From Candidatus Iainarchaeum sp. (GTDB lineage Archaea > Iainarchaeota > Iainarchaeia > Iainarchaeales > UBA10219), in the NCBI GenBank assembly GCA_018304425.1, contig JAGVWE010000005.1, forward strand, positions 137,145-201,144: 64,000 nt of DNA, in the 5' to 3' direction. Shown here piece after piece: positions 15,465-23,591 of the stretch. Position 1 is the first letter of the stretch. Every line of letters begins with the position of its first letter. The notes beneath the pieces were generated by a model. That model was not told the DNA's origin. It saw only the letters and a list, made by a program, of their open reading frames with translations, and did no database searches. The position numbers and the translations under genes were made by a program.

Positions 15465-17273
15465 ATGGCAGCGAAAGACCTAATCTTCGTTCTCGATTTC
15501 GGCGGACAATATGCCCACCTCATTGCCAACCGCGTCCGCCGCCTGGGGGTTTACTCGGAGATCAAGGACCCGCTCACGCCCCTGGCCGAGCTCCGCAAAG
15601 CCAAGGGAATCATCCTCAGTGGGGGGCCGGGAAGCGTCTACGACTCCCAGGGCACGCCCTATAACCCCGAACTGTTCAAGACCCGGAAACCCGTCCTCGG
15701 CATCTGCTACGGGCACCAGGTGATGGGCCACGAGTTGGGCGGCAAGGTGGTTCCCGGCACGGTGAAAGAGTACGGCAAGGCCGCGCTCATGGTCAAGAAG
15801 AAAGAGGGCCTCTTTGCCGGCCTCTCGGACCACGAAACCGTGTGGATGAGCCATGGTGACACGGTCGCAAGGCTGCCCCCCGGCTTCGAAATCATCGGCT
15901 CGACGCCTGACTGCCCGCACGCGGCCATCGCGGACTTCAAGCGCAGGATGTTCGGCGTGCAGTTCCACGTCGAGGTAACGCATACCCCGCAAGGCGGGCG
16001 GATGCTGAAGAACTTCCTGTTCAAGGTCTGCAAGTGCAAGAAGAGCTGGAACGTGAAGGGGTTTGCCGCGCAGAAGGTGAAGGAGCTTCGAAGGGAAGTC
16101 GGGAAGAAGAACGTGTTCCTGCTTATCAGCGGCGGCGTTGACTCGGTGGTTTCGCTGGCGCTGCTGAACAAGGCCATTGGCTCCAAGCGCATCTATGCCT
16201 TGCACGTCGACCACGGCTTCATGCGCAAGGAGGAAAGCTTGGCCGTGGAGCGGGCACTGAAGAAGCTCAAGATGTCGCCGCTGCACGTGGTGGACGCGGG
16301 CAAGGAATTCTACGAAGCCCTAAGGGGCGTGGTGGAGCCGGAGCAGAAGCGGAAGGTCATCGGAGGACTCTTCGTGAAGCTTGCCAATCAGGAGCTGCGG
16401 CGGCTGAACCTCAAGCCCGAGGACTGGCTGCTGGGCCAGGGCACGATTTACCCGGACACCATTGAAAGCGCGGGCACGAGGCACGCCTGCCGCATCAAAA
16501 CACATCACAACCGCATTGACTCGCTCAAGGAAATGATGGAAGCCGGTTTGCTGGTGGAGCCCATCAAGGAGTTGTACAAGGACGAGGTCCGGGAACTCGG
16601 CGTCCAGCTCGGCTTGCCCGGGGCAATCGTGAAACGGCATCCCTTTCCCGGGCCGGGGCTCGCCATCCGGGCCCTTTGCTCGAACGGCCAAACCGAACCC
16701 GTGCCGGAGGGCTTGGGGGAACGCGTGAACGCCTTGGCAAGCAAGTTCGGGTTGAAGGCCCAGGTGCTGCCCCTTCGAAGCGTGGGCGTGCAGGGAGACG
16801 AGCGCACCTACCGGTTGGCCGTGGCGTTGCAGGGCCAGGCAAGCTGGACCGCCTTGGAGGAATGCTCGACGCGGCTCACCAACGAGGTCAAGGAAGTCAA
16901 CCGCGTGGTGTGGCTGCTTGAACCGAAGGCCATTGAATCGGTGAGGGTCAGGCCCGGCTATTTGACGCGCAGCCGGCTGGACTCGTTGCGGGAAGCCGAT
17001 GACGTGGTCAACCAGGCAATGGCAAAAACCAGGTGGTATGACCGGATATGGCAGTTTCCCGTGGTGCTCGTGCCCCTCGCGGTCAACGCCGGAGAAGGCG
17101 AGTCCATCGTGTTGAGGCCGGTGTTCTCCACCGAGGCCATGACCGCGAAATTCGCCCCCCTGCCTCCCGCCTTGGTGGAGAAAATGGTGAAGGGCATCCG
17201 GAAACTCAAGGGAATAACGGCCGTGTTCTACGACGTGACGCACAAGCCGCCGGCCACGATTTGCTGGGAGTGA
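15465..17273 (+). CDS. guaA: GMP synthase (glutamine-hydrolysing), fused GATase + ATP-pyrophosphatase
   Basis: GATase nucleophile motif GICYGHQ. PP-loop LISGGVDS. The C-terminal dimerisation region ends ...PPATICWE, as in GuaA. Confidence 0.93.
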   Translation: MAAKDLIFVLDFGGQYAHLIANRVRRLGVYSEIKDPLTPLAELRKAKGIILSGGPGSVYDSQGTPYNPELFKTRKPVLGICYGHQVMGHELGGKVVPGTVKEYGKAALMVKKKEGLFAGLSDHETVWMSHGDTVARLPPGFEIIGSTPDCPHAAIADFKRRMFGVQFHVEVTHTPQGGRMLKNFLFKVCKCKKSWNVKGFAAQKVKELRREVGKKNVFLLISGGVDSVVSLALLNKAIGSKRIYALHVDHGFMRKEESLAVERALKKLKMSPLHVVDAGKEFYEALRGVVEPEQKRKVIGGLFVKLANQELRRLNLKPEDWLLGQGTIYPDTIESAGTRHACRIKTHHNRIDSLKEMMEAGLLVEPIKELYKDEVRELGVQLGLPGAIVKRHPFPGPGLAIRALCSNGQTEPVPEGLGERVNALASKFGLKAQVLPLRSVGVQGDERTYRLAVALQGQASWTALEECSTRLTNEVKEVNRVVWLLEPKAIESVRVRPGYLTRSRLDSLREADDVVNQAMAKTRWYDRIWQFPVVLVPLAVNAGEGESIVLRPVFSTEAMTAKFAPLPPALVEKMVKGIRKLKGITAVFYDVTHKPPATICWE

Positions 17274-17279
17274 AAAACG

Positions 17280-17927
17280 TCAGGGCTTCAAGGCCTTGAG
17301 TTGTTCTACCGCTTCCGCTGGGTTGGCGGACGCGAAGACGGTGGTTCCGGCCACCAAGACGTTGGCTCCTGCCTTGAGGCAGCGCAAGCCGGTTTCCAGG
17401 TCTATTCCGCCGTCGACCTCGACGTCGCAGGCAATCTTTTTCTCTTTGAGGTAGCGCGCGAGTTGCTGGATTTTGTAGACCGCGTTCACGTTAAAGGCTT
17501 GGCCGCCAAAACCTGCTTCGACGGTCATGACTTGTGCCAGGTCGACGTCGGCGAGAAAGGGGAACAGTTTTTCTATGTCCACCCGGGCGTTGGCCGAAAT
17601 GCCTTTGACCAGGTCGTTGACTTGCATGAGTTTGATGGTTTGCAGGGGGTTGGCAACCGTTTCAACGTGGAAAATGGCCCCATTCGCCCCGGCCTCGGCA
17701 AAGGGCTTGATGAACCGGTCCGGGTTTGAAACCATCAAGTGGACTTCAATGGGGAGGTCGGTCACTTTCCGGAGGGCCTTGACGACGGGAACGCCCATGG
17801 AGAGGTTCGGCACGTAGTGGCCGTCCATCACGTCCACGTGGATGAAGTCCGCGTTCTTCACCTTGCCGATTTCCTCGGCCAGGTGCGCGAAGTCCGCGTT
17901 CAAGATGCTGGGACCGACTTTGACCAT
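17280..17927 (-). CDS. rpe: Ribulose-phosphate 3-epimerase
   Basis: MVKVGPSILNADF..., DVMDGHYVPNL and VHLMV motifs. Start placed at ATG 17927, 23 nt downstream of the ATAAATA box. In-frame ATG 17933 and TTG 17945 are alternatives. Confidence 0.9.
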   Translation of the reverse strand: MVKVGPSILNADFAHLAEEIGKVKNADFIHVDVMDGHYVPNLSMGVPVVKALRKVTDLPIEVHLMVSNPDRFIKPFAEAGANGAIFHVETVANPLQTIKLMQVNDLVKGISANARVDIEKLFPFLADVDLAQVMTVEAGFGGQAFNVNAVYKIQQLARYLKEKKIACDVEVDGGIDLETGLRCLKAGANVLVAGTTVFASANPAEAVEQLKALKP

Positions 17928-17949
17928 GACCATTACCTGCAGCAAAGCC

Positions 17950-18023
17950 TATTTATGTCCCATCGAGCCCTTCAGGCGAGATGGGACGACGTATCGTGTG
18001 CAGCCGCCACCTTCAGGCGGCTA
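17950..18023 (+). repeat. Family A element, long form, between the rpe start and the tRNA-Ala 3' end
   Basis: TATTTAT, GTCCCATC-(15-nt loop)-GATGGGAC, GACGTAT, CGTGTG, AGCCGCC-ACCTTCA-GGCGGCT. It ends 1 nt from the tRNA-Ala discriminator. Sister copy at 52389-52466. Confidence 0.75.
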
Positions 18024-18095
18024 TGGACTGGCGGGGAATCGAACCCCGAGTCTCCGCGTTGCGAACGCGGCGTCTTACCATTCGACTACCAGCCC
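18024..18095 (-). tRNA. tRNA-Ala (anticodon CGC)
   Basis: Acceptor GGGCTGG/CCAGTCC with the G3:U70 alanine identity pair, anticodon arm CCGCG-TTCGCAA-CGCGG, T arm CGGGG-TTCGATT-CCCCG, discriminator A. Confidence 0.9.
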
Positions 18096-18097
18096 AA

Positions 18098-18286
18098 GGG
18101 CTTTTTACAAAAGCCCTGCGAAAAGGTGCCATTCTCACGAATGGCACGGCCTTTTTACAAAGGGTTTGCGACCTTGTCTCCCCCTGGGAGACGAGGCCCC
18201 GAAGACAAAGTCTTCGGGGAAATGCCCTGTGCATTGCACAGGGCTGGCTCGGCCTTTCGGCCTCGCATCTGGGCAGCCGTTGCCCA
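18098..18286 (+). other. Array of eight consecutive hairpins; the first units belong to family B
   Basis: Hairpins, in order:
- GGGCTTTT-TACA-AAAGCCC, then linker TGCGAAAAG
- GTGCCATTC-TCAC-GAATGGCAC
- GGCCTTT-TTACA-AAGGGTT, which needs G-U pairs and so folds on the plus strand only
- TTGTCTCCC-CCT-GGGAGACGA
- CCCCGAAGAC-AAA-GTCTTCGGGG
- GCCCTGTGCA/TGCACAGGGC
- GGCC-TTTC-GGCC
- TGGGCA-GCCGT-TGCCCA. Confidence 0.7.
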
Positions 18287-18343
18287 GACTGCAAGATAAC
18301 TGAAACCAAAGGAATTTATTAAGGGTTAACATTAATATAAAGC

Positions 18344-21300
18344 ATGCCGGATGGAGAGGGGAAGGACGCGGTAGCCGCTGGTTCGGGGGAGAAGCCCAGG
18401 CCCTTGGGGGCAGGGGAGCGGGTGGTGAAGCTCAAGGCCGCGCCGAAGACCGACCTCTTTGAAGAGGTCTTGACCGGGAAAAGCCATGAAGAGCAGTCCC
18501 TGGACGAGCTCTCGGAGGCCGAGGAAAAGAGGGCCCAGGAAGCCGAGAAAACCGTGGCCACCAAGCCGGGCAGCGGGGCTGCGCCGGTGGCGGGGGCGGA
18601 AATGCCGGCGCCTGTTCAGGCTCGCCGCGGGAGCCCTCGGAAGGCTGCCCCTAAAATCAGGGTACGCAAGAAGGGGGTTGAAGAAGCCGGGGCCGGCGTT
18701 GCGTCGAGTGAGGGCGGGGACGACGATGACGAGGAAGACGAGCCAGGGGAACCGAAGCCGCCCCTGGACATCGAGGAAGGCGATGACTTAAGTGCCGGCG
18801 ACTGGAATGACTTGTTCAAGGAGGGAGACACCCGGGAGGAAGGCATCAAGGCGGCGCAGGCCCTGCCGGAGGCAGGGGCCGGGGAAGCGGGGTCTTCGGC
18901 GGGCGAAGAAGGACCGGTGGAGGCAAAAACCCCGCAGCCCAGCAAGGAGGAAATCCGCAGGGAGTTGATTGCCAGGACCGTTGCGGCCGGCCAAGGGGAT
19001 TTGACTCCCTTGAAGGAGGGGTTGCCGCTCAAGTTCTTGGAGGACCCGGAGAAGGGCAACGTGTTCATTGGCCGCAAGAAAAACATTTGGAAGAAGTACG
19101 GGTATGAGGGCGCGTTGCTGGTTGGAAAGGTAGTGGAAGAAGAGTTCAAGGAACGGCACGTCTACTTGGACTCGTTGAACCCGCACGTGGTGTTCGTTTG
19201 CGGGGCCCGGGGTTCGGGTAAATCGTATATCATGGGGGTCATGGCCGAGGAACTCGCGCGCAAGAACAAGAACGTGGGAACGGTGGTCATTGACCCGGTT
19301 GGCGTGTTTTGGAGCATGAAGTACCCGAATAAGGAGGAAAAGGAGCTCGCGTTGATGCCGGACTGGGGCTTGCAGCCGGAGGGCCTGGACAGCTTGCGCG
19401 TGTTCATCCCAGAGGGCATCAAGAGCCAGACGCCTAAGGAGACCTATGACGCTACCTTCACCATGCAGCCCAGCCTCTTGACTTCGGATGACTGGTGCCT
19501 GACCTACGGCATTGACCGGTTCAGCCCCACGGGCCTCTTACTGGAAAAGACGCTGAAGAAAGTCGAGTTGGGGTATGAGAACCTGGATGGCAAGAAGTTC
19601 CCAGCCCGCAGGCGGTCTTATTCCCTGGATGACCTCATTGCCTGCCTGGAAACGGATGCGGAATTGAATTCGAGGGACAAGGGGTACAAGCAGGACTCCA
19701 TTCGTGCCCTGGTTTCCCGATTTGAGGCCGCCAAGAACTGGGGGATTTTCAGTGATAGGGGCACGCCCTTGGTGGAAATCAGCAAGGAAGGCCAGTTAAC
19801 GGTCATTGACACGAGTTTCCTGGACGACAATGTCACGGCCCTGGTCATCGGGATACTGGCGAGGAGGCTGTTGGCGGCCAGGAAGCTGTCCACGCGGAAG
19901 GAGGCCGCCAAGAAGTTCCAGGAAGAGGAGGGGGTTGACGTCCTGGAAACGGATATTCCGCCTACCTGGCTGTTCATCGACGAGGCGCACACCCTTATCC
20001 CGAGTGGCAACGTCAAGACCCCGGCCACGCATGCCCTGGTCGAGTACGTGAAGCAGGGGCGTCGACCGGGTTGTTCCCTGGTGTTTGCCACGCAGCAGCC
20101 TTCGGCCATTGACACCAAGGTGTTGAGCCAATTGGATGTGATGGTCACCCACAAGCTGGTGTTCGACGACGACATCAAGGCCATTTACAAGCGCAGCCCG
20201 ACCATCGTGCCCTTTAAGTACAAGAAGCCGAGTTTCGTGAAGACCCTGCCGATTGGCACGGCGCTGGTGGGGGATCGGACGGAGGAAACGAGCCGCGCCT
20301 TCATCATGAAAATCAGGCCCCGGTTGTCCCAGCACGAGGGCCGTGAGGCGGAGACCACGGAGCGTTCCGTGGAGTTGGGGGCCAAGCAGGTGGAGCAGTT
20401 GGCGGTGAGCATGTTGTTGCGCCGCCTGGAAGAAGAGGGCGAGACCAGCATCGAGACCGTGGAGAAGAGCGTGCAGGTGCTTAACCAGAAGTACAAGAGC
20501 ACAGCCGACGCGGAGAACGTGCTCGCGATGCTGAAGCGGCATGGACTTGTAGTGGACGAGGAGTTCGTGCGGTTGAAGGAGTACGTGGAGAAGGAAGAGG
20601 GAACCGGGAAACCGGCGGCAGCCAAAGCCGGCGAGGAAAGCCCCGTGGAAGCGGAAGAAGAAAAGGAGGCCGAGGAAGAGGCCCAGGAAACGGCGGGGGA
20701 GGAAAAACAGGGGAAACCCGTCCCCGAAGCCGTGGAAGCGGGCTTCGGCGGGCAGACCGAGTTGCTGGCCTTGCCTGCCCGCGTGAACCAGCAGGCGGCG
20801 CAGCGCGTGGTGGATGGCCTGCGGCACAGGAAAGTCCTGGGCTTGCTGGGCAGCGAGGAAGTCATCGAGGACCTGCAATTGAAGTATGTCACGATTTGGC
20901 GCGTCAAATACGATGTCTACAACCAGCGCAAGGAATTCATTGCCCGGGAATGCTTCGTTAATTCCATGAGCGGGGAATTCATCCACTTCTTGAAGGACCG
21001 GTTCGTGGAAAGCAAGGGCTTGAAGGAAGTGTACGAGTTGGGCGAGGACGAAATCCAGTTCGTGCGCCTGCTGGGCCGCAAGGAGATGTCCTTACAGGAA
21101 ATCGTGAAGCACACGCTGTTGGACGAGAAAAAAGTCCGCCCCGTCCTCGACAAGCTGCACTTCAAACGGTTGCTGGGCAAGACCAAGAAGAACAACGAAC
21201 TCCATTACTGGCTGTTGAAGGAGTTTGACTTGCCGCCCCATGAAAGGCACGACCTCCTGCAGTCCATCCGGAACCTGCCGTTCGTGCGCGCGGAGGCCCT

Positions 21301-21481
21301 GGCCAAGGAACGCGAAATCTACGGCCGGAAGGAAATCCCCGAGGTCCTGGGCAAGCTATGGAAAAACATTCTGGTGCACAAAATCGAGGAACTCCACTGG
21401 CCCATCTGGCAGGCCACGTTGAAGGAAGGCCAGCGCACCCGCAAGGTCGGCATCGACGCAGTTACCGGGAAAGCGGTTTAG
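18344..21481 (+). CDS. HerA/DUF87-type (FtsK-HerA superfamily) ATPase with an acidic disordered N-terminus and a large C-terminal extension
   Basis: Walker A GARGSGKS, Walker B WLFIDEAHTLIP, ATQQPSAID motif. About 230 aa of Glu/Asp/Gly/Ala-rich N-terminus. About 330 aa C-terminal region with a second acidic linker. TTAATATAAA box just upstream of the ATG. Confidence 0.8.
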   Translation: MPDGEGKDAVAAGSGEKPRPLGAGERVVKLKAAPKTDLFEEVLTGKSHEEQSLDELSEAEEKRAQEAEKTVATKPGSGAAPVAGAEMPAPVQARRGSPRKAAPKIRVRKKGVEEAGAGVASSEGGDDDDEEDEPGEPKPPLDIEEGDDLSAGDWNDLFKEGDTREEGIKAAQALPEAGAGEAGSSAGEEGPVEAKTPQPSKEEIRRELIARTVAAGQGDLTPLKEGLPLKFLEDPEKGNVFIGRKKNIWKKYGYEGALLVGKVVEEEFKERHVYLDSLNPHVVFVCGARGSGKSYIMGVMAEELARKNKNVGTVVIDPVGVFWSMKYPNKEEKELALMPDWGLQPEGLDSLRVFIPEGIKSQTPKETYDATFTMQPSLLTSDDWCLTYGIDRFSPTGLLLEKTLKKVELGYENLDGKKFPARRRSYSLDDLIACLETDAELNSRDKGYKQDSIRALVSRFEAAKNWGIFSDRGTPLVEISKEGQLTVIDTSFLDDNVTALVIGILARRLLAARKLSTRKEAAKKFQEEEGVDVLETDIPPTWLFIDEAHTLIPSGNVKTPATHALVEYVKQGRRPGCSLVFATQQPSAIDTKVLSQLDVMVTHKLVFDDDIKAIYKRSPTIVPFKYKKPSFVKTLPIGTALVGDRTEETSRAFIMKIRPRLSQHEGREAETTERSVELGAKQVEQLAVSMLLRRLEEEGETSIETVEKSVQVLNQKYKSTADAENVLAMLKRHGLVVDEEFVRLKEYVEKEEGTGKPAAAKAGEESPVEAEEEKEAEEEAQETAGEEKQGKPVPEAVEAGFGGQTELLALPARVNQQAAQRVVDGLRHRKVLGLLGSEEVIEDLQLKYVTIWRVKYDVYNQRKEFIARECFVNSMSGEFIHFLKDRFVESKGLKEVYELGEDEIQFVRLLGRKEMSLQEIVKHTLLDEKKVRPVLDKLHFKRLLGKTKKNNELHYWLLKEFDLPPHERHDLLQSIRNLPFVRAEALAKEREIYGRKEIPEVLGKLWKNILVHKIEELHWPIWQATLKEGQRTRKVGIDAVTGKAV

Positions 21482-22206
21482 GCCTTTCCCTTGGCGTCCC
21501 TGGCCTTGAGTTCGACCCTGGCCTTGTCCACTACCTGGGCTTGGGTAACGCCTTTGACGAGCTTGTCCGCGGGCAGGAAGCCCTGGATGCTTTGCGCCGT
21601 GACCCAGGTGTGCGCCCCGACCAGGGTACCGGGAGAGGTAACGACGTTCGCACCGAGCCGGGCGTAGTCGCCGAGAATGCAGCCGAACTTGTCCGAACCC
21701 GTGGAAAGTTTCTCGCCCCTGATTTTCACCTGCACGACCTGCTGGTCAAAGCGCCGGTTGCCAAGGATGGTGCCGGAACCGATACGCGTCCCTTGTCCAA
21801 GGACGCTGTCGCCGACGAAGCAGTTGGTGCCGATTTTCGCGCCGTTGAAGAGGAGGGCGTTCTTCATCTCGACGCCCTTGCCGATGACGCAGCCGTTGCC
21901 GATGACGGTCACGGGCCGAATCCAGACGTGGGGGCGGATGGTGACGTTCTCGCCGATGATGCACGGCCCCTCGATGACGGTGAAGGGCTCGACTACCGTG
22001 CCCTTGCCGATGACGACGTTGCCCTTGATGACGACAGTTGGGTGGACTTCGCCCTCGATGCGGGAAGCGCCAGGGTTGACCAGGGAATTCTTGCCTTCCA
22101 CCATTTCCCAGGGGTGCCTGAATTTCTTCAACTCCTGGAGGGGGCAGGCGGAAAAGTCTTCGAAGTAGTAGTCGAGGCCCCCTTCCTTCAAAACTTTTGG
22201 GTTCAT
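21478..22206 (-). CDS. Left-handed beta-helix (hexapeptide-repeat) acyl/acetyltransferase, GlmU C-terminal-domain-like
   Basis: Runs of hexapeptide repeats (VVIKGNVVIGKGTVVEP, IIGENVTIRPHVWI, VIGNGCVIGKGVEM...). Last gene of the glmS-glmM operon, with 4-nt overlaps at both ends. Confidence 0.8.
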   Translation of the reverse strand: MNPKVLKEGGLDYYFEDFSACPLQELKKFRHPWEMVEGKNSLVNPGASRIEGEVHPTVVIKGNVVIGKGTVVEPFTVIEGPCIIGENVTIRPHVWIRPVTVIGNGCVIGKGVEMKNALLFNGAKIGTNCFVGDSVLGQGTRIGSGTILGNRRFDQQVVQVKIRGEKLSTGSDKFGCILGDYARLGANVVTSPGTLVGAHTWVTAQSIQGFLPADKLVKGVTQAQVVDKARVELKARDAKGKA

Positions 22207-23591
22207 GCACCAATCACCTTCCGGATTTCCGATGCAATGGACTGCGCAAGCTTACTTATTTCGGTTTGGTGCTTGCCTTCAATCATGACGCGCGCCAGGT
22301 TCTCGGTGCCCGAGTAGCGGACCAGTACGCGGCCCTCGGAGCCCAGCTTGCCCTCTACATAATGGATTCTTTCCTGCACGCCCTCCATGGCCTCGAAGGG
22401 CCGTTTTTCCCTGACCTTGAGGTTGACCAGCACCTGGGGATAGGCTTTCATGCACCGTGCCAGCCGGGAGAGGGGCTGCCGCTTTTCGCACAGGAGCCGC
22501 AGCAACTGGAGGCCCGTGATGATGCCGTCCCCGGTGGTCGAGTACTCGTGGAACACGAGGTGCCCGGATTGCTCGCCGCCAAGCACGAAACCGCCCCTGC
22601 GCATCTCGTCAATGACGTACTTGTCTCCCACTTGCGTGACCTTGACCTGGAGGCCTGCCTGCCTCATGGCCTCGTGGAAGCCCAGGTTGGCCATGACGGT
22701 TGAGACCACGGTGTCGCGGGCCAGCTTGCCCTTGGCCTTCAAGTCCAGGGCCATGAGCGCGAGTAAATGATCGCCGTCCACCAGTTTTCCCTTTTCGTCG
22801 CAGACGATGATGCGGTCGGCGTCCCCGTCCAGGGCAATGCCCAAGTCGGCTTTCTGCCTGCGGACTTCCCGTTGCATCTGCTCCGGGTGCAGGGCACCGC
22901 AGTTGAGGTTGATGTTCAGGCCATCTGGCTCGGTGTTCAGGGAAACCACTTGGGCGCCGAGCTCGGAAAAAATGTAGGGCGCGATGTGGTAGGCCGCGCC
23001 ATTGGCGCAGTCCAGGACCACTTTGAGGCCCTGCAGGCTGAGATTGTCAATCGAGGACTTGCAGAACTCGATGTAGCGGCCCCGGGCGTCATCGATGCGG
23101 AAGGCCTTGCCGATGTCGTTGCCCGTGACCTCTCCCGAGTCAAAGCCGTTGGAGTTGACGAGCTGTTCGATCCGGTCTTCGAGGTCCTCGCCCAGCTTGT
23201 AGCCGGCGTGGTCGAACACCTTGATGCCGTTGTCGTGCGCGGGGTTGTGGGAAGCCGAAATCACGATGCCCGCGTCCGCGTTCATGGACTTGGTCAGGTG
23301 CGCGATGGCGGGCGTTGGCATCGGGCCCACCAGGAAGACGTGCGCGCCCTGGGAGACGATGCCGGAAGTCAACGCGGTCTCAAGCATGTAGCCGGACAAG
23401 CGCGTGTCCTTGCCGATGACGATTTTGGGCTTGCCTTGCCGTTTCTTGTCCGCGCGCTGGAGGACGGTTGCAACGGCTTTGCCCACGCGCAACGCGATTT
23501 CCGGCGTCATGGGGTAGACGTTCGCTTTTCCCCGGATGCCGTCGGTGCCGAAGATTTTCCCGTTCCCGTTGTCGTTCAAGGAGGACATCAT
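22203..23591 (-). CDS. glmM: Phosphoglucosamine mutase / phosphohexomutase
   Basis: Active-site phosphoserine loop SASHNPAHDNGIK, Mg loop DGDADR, sugar-binding GEQSGH. Confidence 0.92.
   Translation of the reverse strand: MMSSLNDNGNGKIFGTDGIRGKANVYPMTPEIALRVGKAVATVLQRADKKRQGKPKIVIGKDTRLSGYMLETALTSGIVSQGAHVFLVGPMPTPAIAHLTKSMNADAGIVISASHNPAHDNGIKVFDHAGYKLGEDLEDRIEQLVNSNGFDSGEVTGNDIGKAFRIDDARGRYIEFCKSSIDNLSLQGLKVVLDCANGAAYHIAPYIFSELGAQVVSLNTEPDGLNINLNCGALHPEQMQREVRRQKADLGIALDGDADRIIVCDEKGKLVDGDHLLALMALDLKAKGKLARDTVVSTVMANLGFHEAMRQAGLQVKVTQVGDKYVIDEMRRGGFVLGGEQSGHLVFHEYSTTGDGIITGLQLLRLLCEKRQPLSRLARCMKAYPQVLVNLKVREKRPFEAMEGVQERIHYVEGKLGSEGRVLVRYSGTENLARVMIEGKHQTEISKLAQSIASEIRKVIGA

Noticed and set aside
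18098-18286. RNase P RNA or SRP RNA
   Set aside because: I could find no CR-I/CR-V-like motifs (GAGGAAAGTCC, ACAGAA-type) and no SRP domain-IV symmetric-loop motifs. The region is too short, and its hairpins are purely local with no long-range pairing.
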